Assembly (NCBI GenBank): GCA_026914245.1
Contig: CP110439.1
Location: 6,262,001-6,326,000, forward strand
Reading direction: 5' to 3'
Length of the DNA: 64,000 nt
Source: Puccinia triticina
Taxonomy: Eukaryota
In this document: positions 23,954 to 35,694 of the stretch, in pieces
Numbering within the stretch: position 1 is the first letter of the stretch
Layout of the letters: each line of letters starts with the position of its first letter
The notes under the pieces: generated by a model
The model's input: only the letters and a program-made list of their open reading frames with translations
Database searches by the model: none
What the model was told of the DNA's origin: nothing
Program-made: the position numbers and the translations under genes

Positions 23954-24256
23954 ACTCCCGAGGCGTCGTTCTCTCCGCGCTCCGAAGCTTGGCCGAAAGG
24001 GACGCAGTGAATTCTTTACATGTCATAGGATGAGAGAAGTCGGGGCTCGGCATCTTGTCTGCAGTGTTTGTTTTGTAACTTCCTATCTGTCTGCTGTCTG
24101 CTGTCTGCTCTCCAAAGTGCGAATCCACGGAATGAAACCGGAATGTACATTCTGATCTGTTTGTTTTACTTGATGAGGGCTTGAGCCTTGAGATTGAATT
24201 TGGGTCGTTAGTTGGTGCTCCAACCATCCTGACCTCAACTGAGAAGAGGGCCAAGT

Positions 24257-25006
24257 CGAACTTAACGCAGTCCCTCCGAGGAGGTCGCGCGCAGCGCGAC
24301 CTCCGCAGGAGGGACTTGCCCGCAAGCGGTGAATGTTGGCACAGGAGGAACTTGATTTTTTGCCAAATTCCCAAAATTTTCAGTAATCCGCCAGTCCCTC
24401 CCTCAACTTAGCAAATTCTTTCCTTTTTTTTGACCAAATGAAAGATCTCCATGTTTCGGAGAGGACCACATTTTCAAAAAATTTATTATCCAATTTCTTC
24501 AACCTGTAATTGGAGCAGTAAATCATCCAACTCCCTTCTTAGGTGGAGGGTTGAGTAAATCTATAAAGCGCCCTCGGATAGGCTTGAAACCTTTTTTTAC
24601 CTTCAAGGTTAGACAGATTGGTGACACATCATGTTCAGTTTTCTTAGCTAATCTTGCTTTGTACGTTGACCTCATTCAACTGTCAGTGAGCGTGTGAGTT
24701 TATGGTCTCTCAGGTTTCCAGTGCATTCCTTGATCATTTTTGCCTTTGAAGCACCCGGATAAGTAAGAATGTAGGGCTGAAGGAATGGGGAAAGGATAGG
24801 AATGAAGCCATGCTTCTTAGGTATCATTTGATGCAACACACCATGTAGGAAACCTTTGAGGTGGGGGTTTAAAACTGATTCAAAAATAAAGACCTGGCAT
24901 TGAGGCAGATTTTCTGTTCCTGCCACCCCAGCTTTCACCGCTCAGGTGTAAGTCCCTCCTGCGGAGGGCCCTTCGGGCCCCCCTCGGAGGGACTTTGATA
25001 AGTTCG
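24257..25006. mobile_element. Mutator-type MITE
   Basis: TIR CGAACTTAAC...GATAAGTTCG; 9-bp TSD GGGCCAAGT (24248-24256, 25007-25015). Confidence 0.85.
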
Positions 25007-25519
25007 GGGCCAAGTCCAACTTGAAAGAACCAACAGCCAAGAAATTTCTGCGGCGTGTCTCCAGCGGCAAGCCGGTCAATTGTTGCGCTTTCACCCTCTG
25101 GCGACGGGGCCAATGAAGCTTGAGGTATATGCACCAAACCGCCGGGGACGGTCTCCGAGCCGGCACAAGGTGGTGCCGACTGGGACTCGGGGTTTGTTCA
25201 GTCATCCGCGGTGGAGGCACTTTTTGACTTCAATTTTTACATGAATCAGCATCAGCTCTCATTTTTTTCTTGCTGATGGGTGATAGATGGATGGAGATAA
25301 GAGCTCCAAAGGCTCGCCCCAATCCGGGATCAAGGCACGTGCTTTGCAAAAGGGGGGATGAGGTTACCGGCGAGACGGCCTGGCCGGTATGGTTTCACCA
25401 TATAATAGGCCAAAAGGGATCTTGCGTGGCCCATTGGAGAGTCAAAACCGTCAGGGCTGCACCGCCCCCACTTGGGCTGTCCCGCTTCCGGAGCTTCACG
25501 GAACTCACCACTCCCTGCC

Positions 25520-26195
25520 CTAACTTAGCAAAGTCCCTCCCCATGCGGGAGGTCGGAGTTCAGAGCTCAGGTGGTGGTCCGGGGGGTAACTCATTTGGGT
25601 GGAGCTTAAGTTTGGCTGGTGGCAAAGCCACACCTCCCGCAGGGAGGGACTTAGGACTAAAGCAATGGTTTGGGTGGGAGACCACCCACCAAAAAGTGAT
25701 GGAAAATCACTCTTTGAATTTTGTAGCCTGCAGCTTCAACGCTGCCCCCCCCATTATCGGGACTTAAGGACATACATACATGATTGATTTTTTAAGCTCT
25801 TCACCTGATCAAGATACCATCAAGGGATTTTCTGACTGATTTTTGAAAAAAGTGGCAAGCCTCAAGACCACCCTCTTCTTGGGCGGTGCCTGGCCCCGCG
25901 TGTCCAAGCGGAGAAATTTGCTTTTCTCTTTATTCTCCTTCGCTTTTTTGTTTGAGTGACTCTCTTCAAAAACGGAGTCAATAGAAAGACAGACAGGATG
26001 CATTCGCACCCATCAATGCTTGGAACTTCATATGTAGCTCGCAAAACGAGCGAGCTACATCCTCTCAAAGTTGAACCAGATTTCTGCCCGATGCTCTCAG
26101 GCGAGCACCCCCACATAAGGTCTAAGTCCCTCCCTGCGGTCGGCGGCACTGTGCTACCCACTCAGCCCCGCAGAGGAGGGACTTTGTTAAGTTAG
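25520..26195. mobile_element. Mutator-type MITE
   Basis: TIR CTAACTTAGCAAAGTCCCTCC...GGAGGGACTTTGTTAAGTTAG; 9-bp TSD CTCCCTGCC/CTCCCCGCC. Confidence 0.85.
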
Positions 26196-26544
26196 CTCCC
26201 CGCCCCGCTTCAGCATGTACAGCTGATGTGTAAAAGCTTGCTGTTTTCCGCGCGTGTGCATTTTTTTTTTCGACCCAAATTATTTTTTTCACCCCCAAAT
26301 TTTTTTTCCCCCGGCGCGGAAGCCCTGGTCACCCCCCGGCCTCCTCAGCTCACCAACAACCCCGGCCGCAAACCATTGATACCGCCAACAATCGATCCCG
26401 CTAAACCTTGGCCGCATACAGTTGGAACCATCCAGTGAAAAAAATAGATCAACTGGTGAGTGTATCTTCCAATTTGATTCAGCATTCAGAAGATATTGCT
26501 AAATCTCATCTCCGTGTACTGGCTTTTTTTTGTGATCTGTAGAA

Positions 26545-27733
26545 ATGGGTTATCGGAAGTACTCTGCAGAGTTTAAATACTCAGTTATCAGAGCCGCACT
26601 CTATGGGAAGACTCTAGATGAGATCAACACCTCATTAGCGTCTTCAATCAGTGTAGACTCTCTTTGTCAATGGACAAGTCTGTACGAAAGGACGCAAGCC
26701 GTTGTATGTGATCCCTCCACGTATCAAACCCAAGGCCGGCCATTTGAATTACTGGACGAAGATCTTGATTTCATCAAGAAGATGATTGCCAAAAAAACCA
26801 CTGTGTATCTCGACAAAATCCAGCAGGCTTTAGTCGAGGAGCATGGGATATCGGTCTGCCAAAAAACTATTTCTAAAACCCTTCACAAGCGACTAAAGAT
26901 GGCCAAAAAGACCATTAGAACTGTAAACTCACGACAGGACCCCAAAGCCAGGGCTTTTTACATCTCGCTGATCAGTTGTGTGCCAACCTCATATCTGGTA
27001 TCTACAGGCACATAATTTCAATCTGCTGTACTGATCGGCACCTTTTCTAATTTGAGGTCTTTCTTTCTTTCTCTCTTAGATGAATTGGGGGTCTTGCTTG
27101 AGGTAGCAATGCAAACCAGAGGCTGGGCTCCGGTTGGCCAGAGAACCCCAAGGGTGCCGCGGGAGAGGAGCACCCATCAGTACAATGTCATCCCAGCTAT
27201 TGCCTCCGATGGCTTGGTAGCGCACATGGTCCAGGAAGAAACGATGAATCGGGCATCATTTGAATTTTTCCTCGAACACATTCTGGTCAGCAAAGGATAT
27301 ATTTATTGTTTGTCCTTGGCTTGTTTGCTGATGGAAGTTTTTTTGTCAGGTCCCATCAATGAATCCCTTTCCAGGACCTTGTAGTGTGCTTGTCATGGAC
27401 AACGCACAGATTCACCACCACGGTCGCATCGAAGAGATAGTTGAGGCACGCGGGTGTCTTTTACAGTATCTTCTGGCTTATTCACCCGATTTAAACCCGA
27501 TTGAGAAGGGCTTTGCGGTTTATAAGTCGGCTTTGCAACGCAACAAGGATCTACTTACGGGTGGCAAGGAGGACTACGAGGTCATTGAAGCTTTTGTTAG
27601 TTTTGTTTTTACAGCCGACTTGACTCGCAAACTTTTTCTTGGCGCGGGTTATTTTGTCCATCAATCTGTAATACATTCAAAGTTAACATCTCCTACTACA
27701 ATCATTTGCCAAAACAGCCTGATATCATTTTGA
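26545..27733 (+). pseudogene. Tc1/IS630 (DDE_3) transposase 1, intron-containing, probably decayed
   Basis: HTH MGYRKYSAEFK...YLDKIQ; DELGV; VLVMDNAQIHH; YSPDLNPIEKGF. Confidence 0.85.
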
Positions 27734-28761
27734 TGCTCTCTGATTTAAGTTGTGATATTCTAATTAAAAAAAACATGTGGCAATCAATTGATAAACACAA
27801 TTTTATTTGGACTCAAATGATTGTGGAGCTATGATCTGAAGTAATCTCGGCAAAACAGGTGGCCAAACCCTATGAAAAGTGTGCTCTCAAGTTGCCATTT
27901 GGAACTTGAACCTCACTCGCAACAGTCCCCAAAAATTGTGTGAAAATTTTCATTTCTGGCGGAAAAAAATAATACTCCACATTCTTGGGGGAGGTAGAGC
28001 GAGAGATAGAGCACCAGGAAAAAAAAGTAGTCAGTTGATGACAACTGACATAACACAGCTCTGGTTTCAGCTCTGAAGCTACTCTATCTGCTAGTGCAGG
28101 GCTGGCTGGCACACAGCTCAGTGCCCATTTTGGCACAGCTGAACAAGCACTTCTGTGCACACTCAGTTGGTGCAGTTCAGTGCTCATTGTGGTGCAGCTT
28201 GTGTACAAGGACACACTCTCCTTTGATGGCCCCCCGATGTACCAGAACACCACTAGTGTCACGCGGACCCTCGCGTACAGGGCTGTATGGGAGGTCAGGT
28301 GACAGAACCAGACTACAGTCGGCCATGGTCTACCCCCCCCTCCCCAACCTACCTGCTTCCCATCCCAGGAAATCCCCTCCGCTTTCCATCCGCCCTCAGC
28401 GGATCAAGGATGGAACATCCCCTCCCTGACCCACACACGTACAGATCCCACCTCATTGAGAGCCTCTCGGAGAGCAGGTATACATCACTGCCAATGTGAT
28501 TGCATCGGATGGCTGTATCCGCGCTTATGTCGGGCGGATTGAACCAATGTTACATTGGTCCAAGCGCCCGACACAACGTCCATGCAATATTACATCGGCA
28601 ATGGTTGATATTACATCGGCAGGGTCCGGTTTGAAAAGGACCCCAGGTGATGTTATATTGCTGGACACCCCACCGACGCAACCCGGCATCGATGCTATGT
28701 CGACCGGGTTGGCAACCAACTCAAAGGGCCCCCAACGCATCATCAGCCCAATGCGATGTTA

Positions 28762-30973
28762 CAGCTATGTTCGTAAAGGTTGCGGTTCCCCCCGTTTTTT
28801 TTTTTTTTTTTTTTTTTTTCCACTTTCCCCCCTCCCCGAATTTTTTTTTCACCCACCGATGATCAGCGGGGAGCAGTTGGTCCCCCGCCAGTTGTTTGTA
28901 CGATTGGCCGGCTGATACACCTCGCCGCTGTGGAACTCCGACCGGTGCTGGGCCGTCGGCAGTTACTGGAAGGGAGAGTTGCGCTGTGCGCTGCCTTCGT
29001 GGTGATCCGGAAAAGAGTCGTGGATTTGAGTTATAGCTTTGAGGGGGGGGGATTTATGTTGAGAGGCGACGAGGTTTAGATCCTTGTTGGCGGTGGTTTG
29101 TGTTGAAAGATCAGGGGAAAAGAAGTGATTTCGGAAGGGAACCGGCGTTAGGGGCCAGAAGGGAAGTTGTGATCAGGGAGAGGGTTTTGCGACTCCGGAC
29201 TCGGCGGCTGAGAGCTTGAAACTCAGAAGGCACGCGGGGAAGTGATCAATAAGCTTTTTGATATCTATTTGCTGGGACTCGGGGTTGCGATGGATGATCT
29301 GAGATGAAAATTATGGTTCAGACGAAGTCCCTCCCGCCCCCCATCCTCTAAGTTCGAGCTGAACTCAGAGTCTGGGGACTGTGGCATGCTGCGGACAAGT
29401 CATCATACACCCGCGCGCACAAGCGCGCAACAACAACAACAACAGAAGAAAAAGAAGCAAGAAACAACAGCAACAGAAGAAAACCAACCCTCCGCATAAC
29501 AAAAACCTTTCCAACGCGCGCCTTTTAGAAATAGAAGAACATAAGATAGAAAAAGAAAAAGAAAAGCAACAAACAAACACAAAAGAAACCAAGGCCTAAT
29601 CCTGAAACGTCTTGAGGATTCCACCGCGCGCGACGCGCGCTAATTGACCTTGACGCCCATGAGTTGATGTCTTGATGGCTGAAAAGTTGAGGGATCCACT
29701 GCGCCATGGGCGCCACAAAAAAAGTCACCACACCGCCATAGCTCAATTGTTTGTTCCTTTGGTCATTGGGTGTAAGTTTTTCTGTGTCTTGATTCTTCCC
29801 GGGTTGAAATCTCACTGACATGACAATTTGGTGAGGATAGAAAATGGGTTACCGGAAATATTCGCCAGAAGTCAAATACGATGTGGTCAGCCAAGCCATC
29901 GAAGGGAAGATTCTAGCCGATATCAACAACTCGTTGGGGACTACAGTCAGCCCGGATTCACTTTACCGATGGAAGAGTTTGTATGAGAGAACCCAAGCTG
30001 TTGTGTGTGACCCTGCAACTTATCTGCAAAGAGGACGTCCATTCGAATTAGATGCCGACCACTTAGAGTTCATCAAAGGATTAGTTGCTGACAAGCCATC
30101 AATCTACGCGGACAAGATCCAGAGCAGCTTGGCCGAAAATCATGGCGTCATGGTGTCCGTTACAACAATCTTGACCACGCTCCATGCCCGCTTGAACATG
30201 TCGAAAAAGACAATGCGCACAGTCCATCCAAAACAAGACGAATGGGAGCGGGCCCATTATATCTATCAGGTTGGAGCAGTGCCAACAAACTGTCTCGTAT
30301 TTACAGGTGAGCTTCCGTTCCATCTCACTATCCTTCAGATGCAACAACAATCTGATTTGATTATCATCCTCCTCAGACGAGTCAGGAGTGTGCCTGGAGG
30401 TCGTCCAAAGGACTCGAGGATGGGCTCTGGTTGGTGAGCAAACCCCAAGAGTTCCACGCGAGCGAAGCACCCATCAATTCAACATAGTCCCTGCAATTTC
30501 GACTTCCGGATTGGTCGCTCACATGGTGCAGGAGGAATCCATGGACCAACAATCTTTCCAGTTTTTCCTGGAAAATGTCCTCGTCAGCTTCTTTCTTGTT
30601 TCAGTTTCAGTGAGAGCTTCACATTCTGATAAGAATTTTTCCTTTCATCGGCCAGATTCCTTCCATGAATCCCTTTCCGCAGCCCAACAGTGTCCTGGTC
30701 ATGGACAATGCACAAATCCATCATAATGGAGATGTGGCCGATATTGTCAAGTCTGCCGGATGCCTTTTACTTTACTTACCAGCGTATTCACCCGACTTGA
30801 ACCCCATTGAGAAGGCCTTCAGTGTCTACAAGTCAACTTTGAAGCGACACGAGGATTTACTTACCGGCAGTGAGGAGGACTTTGAGGTTATTGATGGCTT
30901 TATTCCACTGGTTTTCACTTCGGATCTGACCCAAAAGCTCTTCCGTGCATCTGGCTACGCTATTCAAAACTGA
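28762..30973 (+). mobile_element. Second Tc1/IS630-like element (left end plus transposase 29844-30973), nested; right TIR not found
   Basis: TA|CAGCTATGTTCGTAAAGG left terminus; transposase MGYRKYSPEVK...DESGV...MDNAQIHH...YSPDLNPIEKAF with the same intron positions as transposase 1. Confidence 0.8.
28929..29732. mobile_element. Solo LTR inserted in the second Tc1 element
   Basis: TGTGG...CCACA ends; CCGC repeated at 28925-28928 and 29733-29736. Confidence 0.65.
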
Positions 30974-31329
30974 TCAATCAAGGCTTGTTGTTTGTTTTTT
31001 TCTGCAATCCTTACAATACAAAATAACGTCTGCAATCCTTACAATACACGATAATGATATTGTTCCTCTGTTCTCAGCCTTGCTGTTTTTTCTCAACCTT
31101 GCTGTATTCTTGTCTCAATCATCTATCCTGTTTTCTCAACCAAATCTCTTGCGTACACAAAGTATCAATACATCAGCTTGCGTCCTTAAGATGCAAGACA
31201 TGAGGCTCTCATGTTCAGTCATGTGATGATCACCCCCAGATTTGGACAACTCATTGCTCAGAAGGTTTTTTTTGTTTATGAATAGATTTTTTATTGCTTT
31301 TAATTTTGAAATTTAAAAGAAAACACTAC

Positions 31330-32523
31330 AGGAAGTGAGATACAGAGCCTGGGCCTTTTGGTGGGTTGTGCACGGTGATCTCTGGGTTATTAGCCTAAAA
31401 CAAAATGGTCAGAATCATTATTGACAAATAATCCCTACAGATGAAATTGTAAAAGGCTACTTGCCATAGCTCGGGCCCAAAGGGCCACTCAATCATGAAA
31501 GAGGGCAATGAATCAGGTGGGATCTTTTGGGCTGATCATTACTGGAAGCTCGTGGGATCCGGTCAATGATTCACATGGGCCGTGGGTCGCTTTGATCTGG
31601 AACATATTGTTCAATATGTCTTGCGCGTGAGTTGCGCCTGCCGACGGCTCAGGCTCCGGTGATTGTTCGTTACCCCAATCTTGCTGCAATAGTTGTTGCA
31701 AAGCTTTGTTTCTCTGATAATGAAAAACCACAATCAGAAATCCCCCCGGGTCAATCCGATTGCATTTGAATTTTTTAGATTTTCAAATGACACACCTCGG
31801 CAGCCACCTTGGGATTGTTTTGAACCAAGGAGATCGTAATCTTCTCCTTGAACTTCTCTGTATTAGAGGCCACCTCAAGAAACTCGGCTAGGACTTTGGC
31901 GTCATCGACAGTTGTCTTGTTCTTCTCTTGGAATTGCCCACTGTGAGGAATAATTGCGTACCAAGTAATTTCTCCTTCATTTTTGTGAAGTTGAGCGTGA
32001 GTCCCGAACTGTTTTTCATTGTGAGTAGTAATCATAAGGATTGCAAAACGCTTGAAAGCAGCGAGATCATTGTCGGATACCTTCCAAGAAAAGTAAATTT
32101 TCTTTTAAGGAACGACTTTTGTGTATTTCTCCTCAGGATCATCGGCCGGGACCTTTTGTTTCTTTGTTGCTCAACCGGTTGTCACGGCTTTTGGTTTGGG
32201 AACATAAAGTTGATAATCAAGCAAAATCTTGACCTTTTTGTCACTTTCAGCTTGATCCTTCGAGGTTGGTTCCCGCGATTGTTCCGATACCATGCCAACG
32301 ACTGTTACTGAAGGGCTTTTGGATGTGCTTGAGGGATCAGTGGCTGGGGTCGGAGCCTTCGGACTTTTGGGGCCGAACAACCACTCATCAATATTGTCTA
32401 GCGACCCGCTTTGATCAATGAGACTGGAATAGTCTGAAGAAAAAAAAAAACAATGATTAGTACATAAATGGAAAAGATCAAAGATAAGAAGAAAAAATAA
32501 TAAAAATACATACCGTTCTCCAT
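31330..32523 (-). pseudogene. Second gene of the Tc1-like element (unknown function), decayed
   Basis: ATGGAGAACG|GTATGT first exon just inside the right TIR; continuous protein-like frames (VKILLDYQLYVPKPK, TWYAIIPH, KITISLVQNNPK, VALWARAM) broken by in-frame stops; 3' end approximate. Confidence 0.6.
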
Positions 32524-32907
32524 TGTGGTAGCCAAACCAAAATCGTTGTTTGGCGGTATCAATGGTTTGCGGCCGGGGGGTGACCAGGGCTTCCGCGCCG
32601 GGGGAAAAAAAATTTGGGGGTGAAAAAAAAAAATTGGGTTGAAAAAAAAAAAAGCACACGCGCGGAAAAAAGCAAGCTTTTAGAGCATCCCACCTCGTCT
32701 CTGTAAACCCGCTTGGTAAGGCAGATTTACAGAGTACGTAGCCCAATTTCCACCCCCGAGCCCTCTTTAGGGCTCTTTAACAAATGAATCTTTAGTCAAA
32801 TCTCTAAGCCTTGCTAGATTTACCCACCACTAAAGAGCCTCCGTAAGACGGCTTTAACAAGCCTGCCGACCACACTCGCTAAAATCCTCAAGTCCTACAA
32901 ACACCCC

Positions 32908-33888
32908 ATGGCCGACTCCCCCCCCCCCCAGATAGAAGCACTACTGATCCGACACCCAAGAAAAAGAGAGGACCAAACTGCCTCCCTCGTGAGGAAGAGC
33001 AGCTCACCATCTCTTGGATCAACGTCAGCGAACAACCCAAGTTTGCCAACAATCAGTCGGGTGAGACCTTTTTTTGCAAGATCGAGAGTGACTTCAACAC
33101 CCATTCCAAGGTACACTTTTGGGATCATGCTTAAATAAAAACTTGGTAAGCATTTCATTTCCTATTCTGCCCATGATCTACATAATTACTGATTCCATCC
33201 TGCCAGATGGGGTGCGATGAATACAGCGACCCTGAAATTCTCGGCGATCTACAATGCTATTGAGCGCAATCCTCCGAGTGGGTCAAGCCCTGACAATTGG
33301 TTGCAAGAGGCAATGAAGAATTATCAAGCTCAGAACAAGAATGTGGCCTTCAATTGCCTCTCGGCCTGGCAGAAACTCCGATTTGCTCCGAAATGGCAAT
33401 CGGACCAACGACCAGATCAGCCAAGCACGCCACTCCACCCAAACGCTTTGCCGGACCCGATCGAGCCAGATTTATCTCCTTCCACCGGGATTACCCCAAG
33501 TGCCCGTTCAGCCACCTCGATTGACCGGCCTATTGGTGGTAAGGCCGCTAAACGACGACGTATTGAAGGTTACAAACACGACAAGGCCATTGCGCAAGCA
33601 AACGAGCTCACCGAGATTGCTCAAGAACGCCTCGGAGCCTTTCAAAAGGGGAATGAGATACTGATTGCTAAGAATGATATTGAGAGGGAAAAGCTTAAAA
33701 TAGAAGAAGAAAAGCTGGTTTTGGAAAAAGAAAAAGTGACGATCAAAAAGGAGTTTTGTTGGAGCAAAACGCAGATGAACGACTACAAGTTGCTCCGTGA
33801 ATCCGAGGATATCGACGATGAAGATACCAAAGAGGTCCTCATGATCATGAAGCAAGAAATCAAGAGCAAATGGCGATCCCGGGCCTGA
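32908..33888 (+). pseudogene. Harbinger Myb/SANT-like (NAM-associated) accessory protein
   Basis: EEEQLTISWINVS...ANNQSGETFF; AFNCLSAWQKLRFAPKW; RPIGGKAAKRRR. Frameshift in the poly-C tract and a stop in exon 1. Confidence 0.8.
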
Positions 33889-34041
33889 TTCCTTTCTTGT
33901 ATATTCTCCACTTGATGATCGATCAATCAATTGATCCCTCAATCTATCTCTTGTGATTTATCTTGGTTGTATTGCCTTCATGTGGTACATGGTACAATAC
34001 ATACTATATAAATCAAACAAGAAATAAAGAAAAAAATCTAC

Positions 34042-35380
34042 TTAGTCCCTCTCGTCGCCACGGAGCAACCAATTGTAGGCTTTCAGGTCTTTGCGCAACT
34101 GTGCATGGGTTTCCGGGTTGTGTAGATTGTGGTTGTTCTGGAGATAGTTGGCCCAGGTATGAGTTAAGGTGGGGTCTCGATGATTTTTGATGATTTCGGT
34201 GTCCGTTTCGTCAAGGAAGGGGTCCAGCGGCGATCGTTCCTCAACAATCATGTTGTGAAGAATGATGCAGCAAAGCATCATCTCCATGACATTATGCTTC
34301 TGCCATAACCGACAACCCCCAGTTAGAACATGCCAACGGGCCTGAAGGACCCCAAACGTTTGCTCAATGTCTTTTCGGGCGGATTCCTGCAGTTTGGCAA
34401 AGTGCCTGGAAGCACCATCCTGCGGGTGCTTGATTGAGGAGACTAGCGTGGACCAGGGCGGGTAGATTGAGTTGCAGAGATAGTAGCCGTGGTGGTAATC
34501 ATGGCCGTTGATCGTGTAGTTGATTGTGTCTGAGGCTCCGGCAAGCAAACCATCGAATAGATGACTCCGATGAAGGACGTTGATGTCGTTAAGTGCACCC
34601 GGTGTCCCAAAGAAAGCGTGCCATATTCGCAGATTTTGGCTCGCAACAGCTTCCAAGACCATCGTGGGTTTCTTCTCCTTTCCGGTGTACTGGCCAGCAA
34701 AGCCCGAGGGGCAGTTCTTCCATGCCCAATGCATGCCATCGATACTTCCGATACAGCCAGGAAAGCCCCGGGCTTCGTTCTCACTCAGGATAACCTTCAA
34801 CTCGTCACGGTTAGGAGGTCGCAGATACTCTGTTGCATAGAGCTCGATAATGTTTTTGATGAAGTACTTGAGTGTTCGGAGGGCTGTGGTTTCCCCGATT
34901 CGCACATATTTGTCCAGAATATCAGCACTTGTGCCGTAAGCGAGTTGTCGGAGAGCTGCAGTCATCTTCTGATGAGTTGATAGGCCTATCTGGCCACAGC
35001 AGTCCTGTGAGTCGTCGATCCAATAAGAAATTCAGTTCAGCCTCAGTTTTGCAAACAGAGGTGATATAAAAAGTACTCACCGCTTTGCGAACCCAGAATC
35101 GATCATGCTGCTGGAGATCACCACATAAACGATCAAACAAACGGTGAATCATGCGGAATCGTCGCTCAAAGGTTCGGTTGTTCCAAACAGGGTTCTCCAC
35201 AAAGTAGTCCGCCATCAATCGGTCATTGCCTGCGATTCGATCACGGAGGACGATCTCTCTCGGTTCGGGGCTGAGATTTCTGGGGACGGATTGAGATTCT
35301 CGGAGTGCTAGGAGGCGTCGAATGCTTTCTTCTTCTTCTATGTCCCACATGTAATGAAAAAGGCGTTGGTCGGGATCCAT
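34042..35380 (-). pseudogene. Harbinger DDE transposase
   Basis: FERRFRM; TAALRQLAYG; GFPGCIGSIDGMHWAWKNCP; LNDINVL; YYLCNSIYP (catalytic D>N); RKDIEQTFGVLQARW; CCIILHNMIVE. Confidence 0.9.
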
Positions 35381-35694
35381 TCTTGAGGAAGGTGCTATGT
35401 TACCGACAGGACCGGATGGCACGAGGGTGGTGGCGGGCTCGGTATGTAAATTTGTGTTGGCTATCGAGCCAATACCGAGTGGCGAGGGTGAGTTTTGCGT
35501 TTAGGTAAGCAACCGAGCTCGCTGGCTACCTAAAGAGTTACCGCAACGAGGGTGGATGCTCTTACACATCAGCTGTATATAATACACAAGAATTCGGTTT
35601 TTGGCCCGTAACCAAGAGGCGAATCTGGCCGAAGACACCCCAGTCGCGTCGAAAGCAAGAACGACGACCCAGGCGAGGTGCCGAGGATTCACCA

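Larger units (their letters stand above)
32683..35561. mobile_element. PIF/Harbinger transposon
   Basis: TIR GAGCATCC(C)ACC...GGTGGATGCTC; TSD TTA (32680-32682, 35562-35564); two convergent genes. Confidence 0.92.
26220..35575 (+). mobile_element. Tc1/IS630-like DNA transposon with long TIRs and nested insertions
   Basis: TA|CAGCTGATGTGTAAAAGCTTGC left TIR (about 120 bp or more). Right TIR lies at about 32550-32682 and its last bases CACATCAGCTG|TA are displaced to 35565-35577 by a Harbinger insertion. Confidence 0.85.

Noticed and set aside
28257..28760. Possible small solo LTR and MITE inside the Tc1 element
   Set aside because: Termini and TSDs too degenerate to define.
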